Of a DNA stretch of 64,000 bases, positions 41,984 to 51,668 are shown piece after piece (position 1 is the first letter of the stretch; every line of letters starts with the position of its first letter). The position numbers and the translations under genes were made by a program. The notes beneath the pieces were generated by a model that searched no databases, was not told the origin of the DNA, and was given only the letters and a program-made list of their open reading frames with translations. The DNA is from Halofilum sp. (in: g-proteobacteria) (GTDB lineage: Bacteria; Pseudomonadota; Gammaproteobacteria; XJ16; Halofilaceae): assembly GCA_034521365.1 (NCBI GenBank), contig JAXHMQ010000007.1, forward strand, positions 663,961 through 727,960. Direction: 5' to 3'.

Positions 41984-42820
41984 TCAGTCGGCGTTCGGCG
42001 TGAACAACTGCTGGCCGCGCAGGCGGAAGCCCGCGATGGCCTGCTGGCCCTCCTCGCCGGTGAGCCAGTCGATGAACCGCTGGCCGTCCGCGGCGTTGAC
42101 GTGCGGGTGCCTCTCCGAGCTCACCAGGATCACGCCGTAGGGGTTGAACAGCCGCTCGTCGCCCTCGACCAGCAGCTCCAGGCCCTGGCGGTTCTCGAAG
42201 CTGATCCAGGTCGCCCGGTCCGCGAGCGCGTAGGCGTCCATCGCGGCCGCGGTGTTGAGCGTCTTGCCCATGCCCGCGCCGGTCTCCCGGTACCAGGCCC
42301 CCGATGCCCCGGTCGGGTCGACGCCGGCGGCATCCCAGAGCTCGAGCTCCTTCTTGTGGGTGCCGCTGTTGTCGCCGCGCGACGCGAACGGCGCCTCGGC
42401 CTCGGCGATCCTGGCGAGCGCCACGGGCGCGTTGTCCATGCCCGCGATCCCGGCGGGGTCGGGGCCGGGTCCCACGATGATGAAGTCGTTGTACATCAGC
42501 GGGTGACGCTCCACCCCGTAGCCGTCGGCCACGAACGCCTTCTCCGAGGGCGTGTGGTGCACCAGCAGCACGTCCGCGTCGCCGCGCCGGGCGATCTCGA
42601 TCGCCTGGCCGGTGCCGACCGCGACCACCCGCACGTCGATGCCCGTCTTGTCCTCGAACTTCGGGAGCACGTAGCCGAACAGCCCGGAGGCCTCGGTCGA
42701 GGTCGTGGAGGCGACCGTGATCGCGTTGTCCGCTGCCATGCCGGTGGGGCTGATGCCGATCATCACGACCGCCGCGAGCGCGCCGAGACGCCGGGTGAAT
42801 CGACCGATCGTGCGCGGCAT
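41984..42820 (-). CDS. tupA: tungstate ABC transporter substrate-binding protein (TupA-like)
   Basis: Signal peptide, ASTTSTEASGL, AVGTGQA, MYNDF, SRGDNSGTHKKE, LFNPYGVI. Confidence 0.85.
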   Translation of the reverse strand: MPRTIGRFTRRLGALAAVVMIGISPTGMAADNAITVASTTSTEASGLFGYVLPKFEDKTGIDVRVVAVGTGQAIEIARRGDADVLLVHHTPSEKAFVADGYGVERHPLMYNDFIIVGPGPDPAGIAGMDNAPVALARIAEAEAPFASRGDNSGTHKKELELWDAAGVDPTGASGAWYRETGAGMGKTLNTAAAMDAYALADRATWISFENRQGLELLVEGDERLFNPYGVILVSSERHPHVNAADGQRFIDWLTGEEGQQAIAGFRLRGQQLFTPNAD

Positions 42821-43124
42821 GGTCCCTCCAGGACACGCTGGACTGATGAAACGATTCTGCGCCGGATGAATGTGCTCTTCAATTCAATCGATGCAATGGA
42901 AAAGTACACATTAAAATGCATAATTGTGCATTACCTGATCGGGCCCGCCGAAATGCGACTCGGCGCCCCGGCGGTGCCCGCCGGGGCCCGGGCCCGCCCG
43001 CCACACCGGGCGCCCCGACGGGCCTTCCGCCATGAACTGTGCCATGATGAAATCGGCCGCACCGGCGGACGCCGGGCAACGGGACCCTGCACGGCCCCCG
43101 GAGGCGCGGACGGGACCAGCGTTG

Positions 43125-43715
43125 ATGAACTGGCAACCGATGATCCTGAAGACCGATCCGGGCGGGCGCCCCATCCGCTGGATCGACGTGCGCCTCGCCG
43201 CCGGCTACATGCTGCGCGACGAGGTGGCCTGGGCCTCGGATGCCATCGCCGTCGTGCTGCGCGGCGGCACCTCGGCACGCAGCGGTCTGCGCAGCCGCAT
43301 CGACATCCCCTCGATCGTCGCGGTCGCCGGCGCGCGCGCGAAATACTACGACGCCACCGTGCCGCGGCTGACCAACGCCGCCCTGTTCCTGCGCGACCGC
43401 CACCTCTGCTGCTACTGCGGCGACCTCTTCCAGGGGCGCAGCGCCCTGCTCACGCGCGACCACGTCATGCCGCTCTCGCGTGGCGGCAGCGACGCCTGGG
43501 ACAACGTCGTCACGAGCTGCCGCGCCTGCAACCAGAAGAAGGACGACCGCCTGGTCGAGGAGTGCGGCCTGGAGATGCTGTACATCCCGTACACGCCTTC
43601 GCGTGCCGAGGCGATGATCCTGGAGAACCGGCGCATCCTCGCGGACCAGATGGATTACCTCATGGCGCAGGTGCCGCGCCGCGACCGTCGCCGCAAGCCG
43701 CGCGCCATTGCCTGA
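43125..43715 (+). CDS. HNH endonuclease
   Basis: LFLRDRHLCCYCG, TRDHVMPLSRGG, WDNVVTSCRACNQKK. Confidence 0.9.
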   Translation: MNWQPMILKTDPGGRPIRWIDVRLAAGYMLRDEVAWASDAIAVVLRGGTSARSGLRSRIDIPSIVAVAGARAKYYDATVPRLTNAALFLRDRHLCCYCGDLFQGRSALLTRDHVMPLSRGGSDAWDNVVTSCRACNQKKDDRLVEECGLEMLYIPYTPSRAEAMILENRRILADQMDYLMAQVPRRDRRRKPRAIA

Positions 43716-44454
43716 TCCCGATCCGGGCGCCGGCCGCATGGGCAGTACCCCGACCGAACCGAGCCACTGCGCCGGCCTGACCGCGCCCGACTGGCGGCTG
43801 CTCGAGCGCCTGCCGCTGTTCGCCGGCCTGGGCCAGGAGATGCTCACCCGGCTGCTCGCCGACGCCCGCGTCGAGTCCTGGCCCCGCGGCAGCCTGCTGT
43901 TTCGCCAGGACGACCCCGCGACCCACTTCTACGTGATCCTCGTCGGCTGGGTGAAGCTCTTCCGCGGCTCGAGCGATGGCCAGGAGAGCGTCGTCCACGT
44001 GTTCACGCGCGGCGAGTCGTTCGCCGAGGCCGCGATCTTCGCCGGCGGCGGCTATCCCGTGAGCGCGTCGGTGCCGGACACCTCGCGCCTGCTCGCCGTC
44101 CCCGCCGGGCCCTTCCTGCGGGTGATCGAGACGGAGCCCGCGGTCGCGCGCAACATGCTGGCCGCGATGTCGCGCCACCTGCGCCAGCTGGTCACGCGCC
44201 TGGAGCAGCTCAACACGCACCCGGCCCCGCAGCGCCTCGCGGCCTTCCTGCTGACCCTCGCGCCGGAGGCGGAGGGCGCGGTCGAGCTCCATCTGCCGAT
44301 CGACAAGGCGCTGATCGCGGCGCGCCTCGGGATGCAGCCCGAGACGCTGTCGCGTGCGTTCGCGCGCCTGCGTCGCGAGGGCGTCGACACCGTCGGCGAG
44401 CGCGTGCGCGTGCCCGATATCGAGCGCCTGCGCGCGCTCGCCGCGGGGGCTTGA
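43708..44454 (+). CDS. Crp/Fnr family regulator, DNR/NnrR-like (no Fe-S cysteine cluster)
   Basis: LFRQDD, GWVKLFR, GESFAEAA, IAARLGMQPETLSR HTH. Confidence 0.88.
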   Translation: MPDPDPGAGRMGSTPTEPSHCAGLTAPDWRLLERLPLFAGLGQEMLTRLLADARVESWPRGSLLFRQDDPATHFYVILVGWVKLFRGSSDGQESVVHVFTRGESFAEAAIFAGGGYPVSASVPDTSRLLAVPAGPFLRVIETEPAVARNMLAAMSRHLRQLVTRLEQLNTHPAPQRLAAFLLTLAPEAEGAVELHLPIDKALIAARLGMQPETLSRAFARLRREGVDTVGERVRVPDIERLRALAAGA

Positions 44455-44464
44455 CACCGATCAA
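44451..44464. promoter_or_regulatory. FNR/DNR-type box upstream of nnrS
   Basis: TTGAC-ACCG-ATCAA overlapping the regulator's stop codon. Confidence 0.8.
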
Positions 44465-44526
44465 GGCCGGCAGGCGCCACGGGCGCCATGATCGTGGCCC
44501 GTCTGGTCCATGCCGGGTCCCGTACC

Positions 44527-45673
44527 ATGCAGCGCACAGCCCACCGCGTACCGACGCTCCTGCTGGCCGGGTTCCGGCCCTTCTTCCTGCTCGGGGCCGT
44601 GGCCGCGATCGTCGTGATGCTGCGCACCGTGCTCGTCTTCAGCGGCGCCGCGGCGTCGCCGGCGGCCGGGCCGGTCAGCTGGCACGGGCACGAGATGCTG
44701 TTCGGTTTCGTCGCCGCGACGGCCGCCGGCTTCCTGCTCACCGCGGTGCCCAACTGGACCGGCACGGCGCCCGTGGCGGGGCTGCCGCTGGCGCTGCTGG
44801 CCGCGCTGTGGCTGGCGGCACGCGCCGGCCTGTGGGGCGGCGACCCGGCGGCGTGGGCGATCGCGGCCGACGTCGCGTTCCTGCCGGCGATCGCGCTCGT
44901 GGCCACCTGGCCGGCGTGGCGCCAGTGGCGGCCACGCGCGTGGCTGCCCCTCGGCGTCGTCCTGGTGCTCGGCGGCGTGAACGCGAGCTGGCACCTCGGG
45001 GCCGCGCTGGCGTTGCCCGCGCTGGGCGACCGCGCGGTCACCGTCGCGACCATGCTGATCGCGCTGCTGATCGCGGTCATCGGCGGTCGCATCACGCCGG
45101 CCTTCACGCGCAACCGCATGCTGGCGGCGGGCGCGGGGCCGCCGCCGCGGGCCGGCGACGCGCGTGACGGCGCGGCGCTGGCCGCCAGCGTGCTGGCGGT
45201 GCTCGCCGCGCTCGCCTGGCCGGCCGCGACCGCGCCGGCCGCCGGCGCGGCGGCGCTGCTGCACGGGCTGCGCCTGTGGGGCTGGCGCGGCGGCTGGACG
45301 CTGCGCGACCCGCTGCTGTTCGTGCTGCACCTGGGCTACGCCTGGCTGGCGGCCGGCTACGCCCTGCACGCGCTCGCGCCGTTCGTCGGCGGTGGCGGCG
45401 CGTGGGGGCTGCACGGGCTGCTCGCGGGCCGTCGGCACGATGACGCTGGCCGTGATGGGCCGCGCCACGCTCGGCCACACCGGCCGCCCGCTGCGTGCGG
45501 GCGCGGTGCTCTCGGCCGCGTTCGTCGCGGTCCAGCTGGCCGTGCTGGCTCGCCTGGCCGCCCCCTGGGCGGGGACCACGGCGTGGATGCTCGCCGGCAC
45601 CCTCTGGTGCGCCGCGTTCGCGTTGTTCCTGCTGCGCTGCGGCCCGATGCTGCTGCGCCCGCGCGCGGCGTGA
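44527..45673 (+). CDS. nnrS: NnrS family protein (frameshift near 45430)
   Basis: GFRPFFL, WHGHEMLFGF, FLLTAVPNWTG, IGGRITPAFT, RATLGHTGR. Confidence 0.93.
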
Positions 45674-45772
45674 GCGGGGGCCGCGCGCCCCGGGGCGGCT
45701 GACCGTGGACGCCGCGTGCGGCATCATGCCGCACGGGCGTTCCGCGCCCGTTCCCCCGGCGGAGGTGCACAC

Positions 45773-46150
45773 ATGGCGAAGGTCGCGTCGCGCAACGTCC
45801 TCGGTGAGCCGCTCGAGGCCTGCGGCCTCGACCCGGTCACCGGGTTCTATCGCGATGGCTGCTGCAACACCGGCCCCGAGGATCTCGGCGCGCATACCGT
45901 CTGCGCCGAGGTCACGCGGGCCTTCCTCGACTACAGCGCCAGCCAGGGCAATGACCTGGCCACGCCCAACCCGGCGATCGGCTTCGGCGGCCTCGAGCCG
46001 GGTGACCGCTGGTGCCTGTGCGCGGCCCGCTGGCAGGACGCCCGCCGCGCGGGCTGCGCGCCCCCGGTGATCCTCGCCGCGACCCACGAGGGCACGCTCG
46101 AGATCGTGCCCTTCTCCGACCTGCGCGAGCACGCGCTGGACGTGCATTGA
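45773..46150 (+). CDS. DUF2237 family protein
   Basis: NVLGEPLEACGLDPVTGFYRDGCC, GNDLATP, GDRWCLCAARW. Confidence 0.9.
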   Translation: MAKVASRNVLGEPLEACGLDPVTGFYRDGCCNTGPEDLGAHTVCAEVTRAFLDYSASQGNDLATPNPAIGFGGLEPGDRWCLCAARWQDARRAGCAPPVILAATHEGTLEIVPFSDLREHALDVH

Positions 46151-47032
46151 ACGGTGGCAGCCGCGTGCGAGCGGCGATGCGATCCGGGCAGCCCGGGGCC
46201 GCGACGGTTGCAACCGGCGACGGCGCCCCTGTCCCTCCGGGTTGCACATCGCGAGCCCCGCGTAGGCCGGTTTCGGGCCGGCGCCGGGGCGCCGGCCCGA
46301 CGCCGGCGTCGGCCTGCGGCCGAAGCCGGCCTACGGTGGCTCCGGCCTGCGCGAGCACGCGCTGGACGTGCATTGAACGGTGGCAGCCGCGTGCGAGCGG
46401 CGATGCGATCCGGCAGCCCGGGCCGCGACGGTTGCAACCGGCGACGGCGCCCCTGTCCCCCCGGGGTTGCACATCGCGAGCCCCGCGTAGGCCGGTTCGG
46501 CCGCGCCGCGCTGCTCGATGCCGGCGTCGGCCTGCGGCCAAGCCGGCCTACGGTGGCTCCGGCCTGCGGCGAGCACGCGCTGGACGTGCATCGAACGGTG
46601 GCAGCCGCGCGCTGCGAGCGGCGATGCGATCCGGGCAGCCCGGGCGCGCGACGGTTGCAACCGGCGGCGACGGCGCCCCTGCCCCCCCGGGCCGTTGCAC
46701 ATCGCGAGCCCCGGCGTAGGCCGGTTTCGGTCCGGGCCGGGCGCCGGCGCCCGCTGGCCCGACGGCCGGCGTCGGCCTGCGGCCGAAGCCGGCCGTACGG
46801 TGGCTCCGGCCTGCGCGAGCACGCGCTGGACGTGCATCGACGGCGGCAGCCGCGTGCGAGCGGCGATGCGGTCCGGCAGCCCGGGGCCGTGACGGTTGCA
46901 ACTGGCGACGGCGCCCCTGTCCCCCCGGGGTTGCACATCGCGAGCCCCGCGTAGGCCGGTTTCGGGCCGGCGCCGGGCGCCGGCGCCGACGCCGGCGTCG
47001 CGCCTGGCCGAAGCCGGCCTACGGTGGCTCCG
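46120..47032. repeat. four-copy tandem array of ~217-247 bp units containing a REP doublet
   Basis: Units start at 46120, 46346, 46563 and 46810 with CCTGCG(G)CGAGCACGCGCTGGACGTGCAT; each has GTAGGCCGGTT..CGG / CC(G)AAGCCGGCC(G)TAC. Confidence 0.9.
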
Positions 47033-47098
47033 GGAGCGGGGGTCGGGGTGAGGGACGTGCAGGCAATGGCAGTGCATCGGGCCATCGACCGCCCCGAA

Positions 47099-47135
47099 CA
47101 TGCAAAAGGCCACCATGGAGGTGGCCTTTTGCATG
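47099..47135. terminator. bidirectional-type terminator hairpin (duplicate copy)
   Basis: CATGCAAAAGGCCACC-ATGGA-GGTGGCCTTTTGCATG. Confidence 0.8.
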
Positions 47136-47138
47136 TAG

Positions 47139-47240
47139 GGCGCGCCCGACAGGAGTGACTCGGGCCATCCCTGGCCCTCGCCCTTCGGGCGCCGCGCTGC
47201 GCGCGGCGTCCGGATCGGCAATCCTGCCGATCCGTCGAAC
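47139..47240 (-). repeat. duplicated tRNA-Arg 3' arm with a 79-bp insertion in the T-loop
   Basis: GGCGCGCCCGACAGGA identical to 47314-47329, then the insert 47157-47235, then CGAAC. Confidence 0.75.
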
Positions 47241-47273
47241 GCAGGTCCGAAACGGAGCCATCGGCGCCCCGGA

Positions 47274-47455
<182 letters not shown>

Positions 47456-47544
47456 TGAGCCGCCGTTTCCCGCCCACGGGCCGGCCTGTATAATCGCGCG
47501 CTGGACTGCCCCGGCGGCGCGCCCCGCCGTCCAACCTGGAGCAG

Positions 47545-48042
47545 GTGATGTCCGAGGCCGAAGACGCTGCATTCCGAGAGATGTTCCCGCTGGTGCTCGG
47601 CGCGCTCGCGGGGCTGGCGCTGCTGTTCCTGGTCGCCGCGCTGATCATCGCCGATGGCGACGACACCTACGTGCCGCCGGGCATGAGCCGGGCCGAGGTC
47701 GTCGCCGAGCGCGTGCGGCCGATCGGCGAGGTCAACATGGGCGGTCCGATGGTCGCGGAGAGCACGACGGCGTCGGCCGATGCGGCGTCCGCGGAGCCGC
47801 GCTCCGGCGAGGCGGTCTACACGTCGGTCTGTTCCGCCTGCCACGACAACGGCACGCTGGGCGCGCCCGTGTTCGGCAACGAGTCGGCCTGGGCCGAACG
47901 CGCGCAGAAGGGCCTGCAGACGCTCGTCGACCACTCCCTGAACGGCTTCAACCAGATGCCGCCACAAAGCGCCTCGGCCTCCGAGACGGAGATCGAGCGC
48001 GCCGTGCAGTACATGCTCGACGAGGCCGGCGTCCAGCCGTGA
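47545..48042 (+). CDS. membrane-anchored cytochrome c5
   Basis: N-terminal TM, ERVRPIGEV, CSACH, GAP, GFNQMPP. Confidence 0.9.
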   Translation: MMSEAEDAAFREMFPLVLGALAGLALLFLVAALIIADGDDTYVPPGMSRAEVVAERVRPIGEVNMGGPMVAESTTASADAASAEPRSGEAVYTSVCSACHDNGTLGAPVFGNESAWAERAQKGLQTLVDHSLNGFNQMPPQSASASETEIERAVQYMLDEAGVQP

Positions 48043-48086
48043 CCGATCCCCGCCGGGCTGCCCCCGCGCGGGCAGCGCGCGCGCCG

Positions 48087-48263
48087 ATGGACATCGACGT
48101 CCTGCGCCACGTCGCCTTGGAGGGCCTGGGCCTGCCCGGGTCGCTGCCCGCATCGCGCGGCGCGGCGATCGAGACCGTCGACGTGCCCACGGCCGATGTG
48201 GCCGCCCGCGAATCCATCCGTCCGCCCGCGGCGCAAGCCCGGGCGTTCAGCTATTGCGCGTGA
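48087..48263 (+). pseudogene. possible N-terminal fragment of a class I glutamine amidotransferase
   Basis: MDIDVLRHVALEGLG resembles the (L/I)RHVxFExLG start of that family; truncated. Confidence 0.4.
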
Positions 48264-49482
48264 AGCCCCGCGGCAGGCGTCGCATCCCGGCGAGGCCGCC
48301 ACTGACGAGCGCCGCCACCAGGCAGCCACCCGCGATCGCCTCGACGCCGGTGCCGGCGTCCATCAGGTAGCCGAACAGCGCCGGCGCGAGCGCGCTGGCG
48401 AACACCACGAGTGCCCACGTCAGCGAACGGATCGCGCCGAGATGCAGCACGCCGTACATCTCGGCCCAGAGCGCGCCCAGCAACGTCATGCCGGCGCCCG
48501 CCGTGAGGCCGGCGCCGAGCATGAACGCGGGCGCGACCCAGGCCGCGTCGCTGCCGGCGAGCGGTCCCAGCCCCGCGGCGATCGGCAGCAGGAAGAACGG
48601 CAGCAGGCGCGCCGCGCCGGCGCGGTCGACCAGCGGCCCGCTGGCGAGCGTGCCGGCGATCTGGGCGAGCGCGTAGACCACGAAGGCGCTGGCGAACCAG
48701 GCCAGCGTCCAGCCCTTGTCCGCGGCCAGCGCTGCCTGGTGGAAGAACAGCCCGGTCACCGCGAACGGGGTCACCAGCATCGCCGGCAGCACGCGGTAGA
48801 AATGGGGGTCGCGCAGCACCTCCGACAACAGCCAGCTGCGCTCGGCGCCGCTCGCGGCGGCGTGGGCATCGAGCTCCGTGCGCCGCTGCTGCTCGCGCTC
48901 GCCGTGACCGCGCAGCAGCCACAGCACCAGTGGCACCAGCAACAGCGCGAGCACGACGCCGATCGCGAGCCAGGTGTGGCGCCAGCCGAGCAGCGCCAGC
49001 AGCGCGACCCCGAGCGGCGGGAACAGCGCCTCGGCGGCCGGGAAGCCCGCGTTGGCGACGCTGACGGCGGTGCCGCGGCCCGCGTCGAAATGGCGTCCCA
49101 TCGTGGTGACGCCGATATGGCTCATCAGCCCCTGGCCGGTGAGGCGCAGCAGGAAGAAGCCGACGAACAGCAGCAGCGGCAGCGCGGGCACGAAGGCCAT
49201 GTACAGGCAGGCACCGACGTAGGTGATGCAGGTCACGACGGTGTACAGCCGCAGGTCCACGCGGTCGATCAGCCGCCCGAGCCAGACCAGCGCGGCCGCG
49301 TTCGCCAGCGTCGCGAGTGAATAGATCAGCCCGAAGTCGCCGCTGCCGAGACCGAAGTCCGCGCGCAGCTCGGCGCCGAAGATGCCGATGAAGAACGTCT
49401 GCCCGAAGCCGGAGAAGAACGGCAGCAGGAAGCCGAATGCCAGGAACCGGCGGTAGGTGATCAGGAAGCGGGTGTAGTGCAC
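48247..49482 (-). CDS. MFS transporter
   Basis: About 12 TM; FFSGFGQTFFIG, GRLIDR, WAEMYGVLHLGAIRS. Confidence 0.9.
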   Translation of the reverse strand: MHYTRFLITYRRFLAFGFLLPFFSGFGQTFFIGIFGAELRADFGLGSGDFGLIYSLATLANAAALVWLGRLIDRVDLRLYTVVTCITYVGACLYMAFVPALPLLLFVGFFLLRLTGQGLMSHIGVTTMGRHFDAGRGTAVSVANAGFPAAEALFPPLGVALLALLGWRHTWLAIGVVLALLLVPLVLWLLRGHGEREQQRRTELDAHAAASGAERSWLLSEVLRDPHFYRVLPAMLVTPFAVTGLFFHQAALAADKGWTLAWFASAFVVYALAQIAGTLASGPLVDRAGAARLLPFFLLPIAAGLGPLAGSDAAWVAPAFMLGAGLTAGAGMTLLGALWAEMYGVLHLGAIRSLTWALVVFASALAPALFGYLMDAGTGVEAIAGGCLVAALVSGGLAGMRRLPRGFTRNS

Positions 49483-49545
49483 CAGGACCTCGGCGACGCG
49501 GAGGGGCGGCCGGCGCGACCGAAGCTCGCCAGTGTAGCAGGCGTA

Positions 49546-51057
49546 TCAGCGCTCGACGGGCGCCCGGTCGAGCGCGCGATAGGACACGGCCTCCGCGATG
49601 TGCGCCTCGCTCACCCGCGGCGCGCCCGCGAGATCCGCGATCGTGCGCGCGACGCGCAGCACGCGGTGATAGGCGCGCGCCGACAGCCCGAGCGCGTCGA
49701 CGACCGAGTCCAGCTGCGCCAGCGCGGCGCAGTCGCAGTGATCCTCGCCCTCGAGCTCGGTGCCCGCGAGCTCGGCGTTGGGGCCGCCCTGGCGTTGCTG
49801 CGCCACGGCCCGGGCCGCGTGCACGCGGGCGGCCACCGCGGCGCTGGGCTCGCCCGCCGGCTGGTCGCGCAGCGCGGCCTGCGCGAGCCGTGGCACCTCC
49901 AGGTGCATGTCGATGCGGTCCAGGAACGGCCCGGACAGGCGTCCGCGGTAGCGCTGCACCTGCTCGGGCGTGCAGGCGCACACGGTCGCGGGATCACCCC
50001 GCTGGCCGCAGGGGCAGGGATTCATCGCGGCGATCAGCTGGAAGCGCGCCGGGAAATCGGCCTGCCGGGCCGCGCGCGAGATCGTGATCCGGCCCGTCTC
50101 GAGCGGCTCGCGCAGGACCTCGAGCACGCGCCGGTCGAACTCGGCCAGCTCGTCGAGGAACAACACCCCCTGGTGGGCCAGCGAGATCTCGCCGGGGCGC
50201 GGGTGGCTGCCGCCGCCGACCAGCGCCGCGCCCGAGGCGGTGTGGTGCGGCGCGCGGAACGGCCGCCGGCCCCAGGCCGATGCCCGCAGGCCGCCCTCAC
50301 CGACCGAGGCGATGGCCGCGGCCTCGAGCGCCTCCGCCGGCGTCATCGGCGGCAGGATCCCCGCCAGGCGGCGCGCGAGCATCGACTTGCCGGTCCCGGG
50401 CGGCCCGACGAACAGCAGGTTGTGCTGTCCGGCGGCGGCGATCTCGAGCGCGCGGCGCGCCTGGCGCTGCCCGCGCACGTCGGCGAGGTCGGGCGCGCCG
50501 GCGGCCGCGTCCGGGCGTGGCGGCGCGGGGTGCACGGGCGCGGCCGTCTCGCCGCGCAGGCGGCTGCACACGGCGAGCAGGTGGCCGGCGGCGTGGATCT
50601 CCGCCGCGCCCGCGAGCGCGGCCTCGTCGGCGTTGTCCTCGGGCACCGTCAGGTGGTGCCCGGCACGCCCGGCGCCGATCGCCGCCGGCAGCGCGCCGCG
50701 CACGGGGCGCAGGCGGCCGCCGAGCGCGAGCTCGCCGAGGAACTCCTGCCCGGCGAGCGCCGCGGCGGGCAGCTGGCCCGAGGCGGCGAGGATGCCCAGC
50801 GCAATCGGCAGATCGTAGCGCCCGCCCTCCTTGGGCAGGTCCGCCGGCGACAGGTTGACCGTGATGCGCCCGCGCGGGAAGAAGAAGCCGGCGTTCTGCA
50901 GCGCGGCGCGCACGCGGTCCTTGCTCTCCTTCACCGCCGTCTCGGGCAGCCCGACGATCGACAGTGACGGCAGACCGCCGCCGAGATGGACCTCGGCGTC
51001 GACCGGTGGCGCGTCGATGCCCGCCAGGGCGCGGCTGTGCACCACCGCGAGGGTCAC
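49546..51057 (-). CDS. comM: YifB/ComM Mg-chelatase-like AAA ATPase
   Basis: IVGLPETAVKESKDRV, GPPGTGKSMLA, RPFRAPHH, PGEISLAHQGVLFLDE, AAMNPCPCG. Confidence 0.93.
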   Translation of the reverse strand: MTLAVVHSRALAGIDAPPVDAEVHLGGGLPSLSIVGLPETAVKESKDRVRAALQNAGFFFPRGRITVNLSPADLPKEGGRYDLPIALGILAASGQLPAAALAGQEFLGELALGGRLRPVRGALPAAIGAGRAGHHLTVPEDNADEAALAGAAEIHAAGHLLAVCSRLRGETAAPVHPAPPRPDAAAGAPDLADVRGQRQARRALEIAAAGQHNLLFVGPPGTGKSMLARRLAGILPPMTPAEALEAAAIASVGEGGLRASAWGRRPFRAPHHTASGAALVGGGSHPRPGEISLAHQGVLFLDELAEFDRRVLEVLREPLETGRITISRAARQADFPARFQLIAAMNPCPCGQRGDPATVCACTPEQVQRYRGRLSGPFLDRIDMHLEVPRLAQAALRDQPAGEPSAAVAARVHAARAVAQQRQGGPNAELAGTELEGEDHCDCAALAQLDSVVDALGLSARAYHRVLRVARTIADLAGAPRVSEAHIAEAVSYRALDRAPVER

Positions 51058-51248
51058 GGCCGCGTCCCCGCCGGCGCCCGGCGCCGCGAATGCCTGCACC
51101 GCCAACCCCCGTCCGTGCCGGCAGGCGGCGGTCCGGGCCGAGGCGGGTTGGACAGCGCGCGCGTGCACACGCGCGCGGCTGCGGGCTCGTCCCTGGTCGT
51201 GCGGGCCGCTTCCATGCGGGCCTCCGTGGTGCGGGTCGTGGGCGCCGG

Positions 51249-51536
51249 CTACTCCGGGTCGGCGGGTGACTCGTCCCCCTGCGCCGGTGGCTGGATGCCG
51301 GCCTGGCGCTCGAGCTCCGCGACGCGCGCCTCCATCGCCTCGAGCTGCGCGCGCGTGCGTGCGAGCACCTCGGATTGCACGTCGAGCTCCTCGCGCGTGA
51401 CCAGGTCCATGCGCGACAGCGCCTGCTGCAGGACGGACCTGGCGTTGCGCTCGAAGTCGTCGCGCATCTCCTGCGCGCCCTCCGGCAGCAGCCGGCCGAG
51501 GCGCTCGCTGATCTCGTCGAAGGGGGTGCGGGACAT
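51249..51536 (-). CDS. ubiK: ubiquinone biosynthesis accessory factor UbiK (BMFP family)
   Basis: RMDLVTREELDVQSEVLARTRAQLEAMEARVAELE; upstream of comM. Confidence 0.88.
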   Translation of the reverse strand: MSRTPFDEISERLGRLLPEGAQEMRDDFERNARSVLQQALSRMDLVTREELDVQSEVLARTRAQLEAMEARVAELERQAGIQPPAQGDESPADPE

Positions 51537-51668
51537 GGCTGCGTCGTCTCCGGGGTGCGCCGTCACTCTAGCCGACCGCCACGGCTGCCACAAATGCGGC
51601 GGATCCCGCTCGGGTCATGCGCTGGCGCGCCCGGGCACCGCCCGTGGTGGCCCTCGCCGCGCCGCGGC

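Noticed and set aside
42950-43120. Guide-like structured RNA upstream of the HNH gene (OMEGA/HEARO type)
   Set aside because: Only generic GC-rich hairpins; the protein is a short HNH without RuvC motifs; no element ends seen.
46120-47032. CRISPR array
   Set aside because: Units are about 230 bp and nearly wholly repeated, with no unique spacers of constant length and no cas genes.
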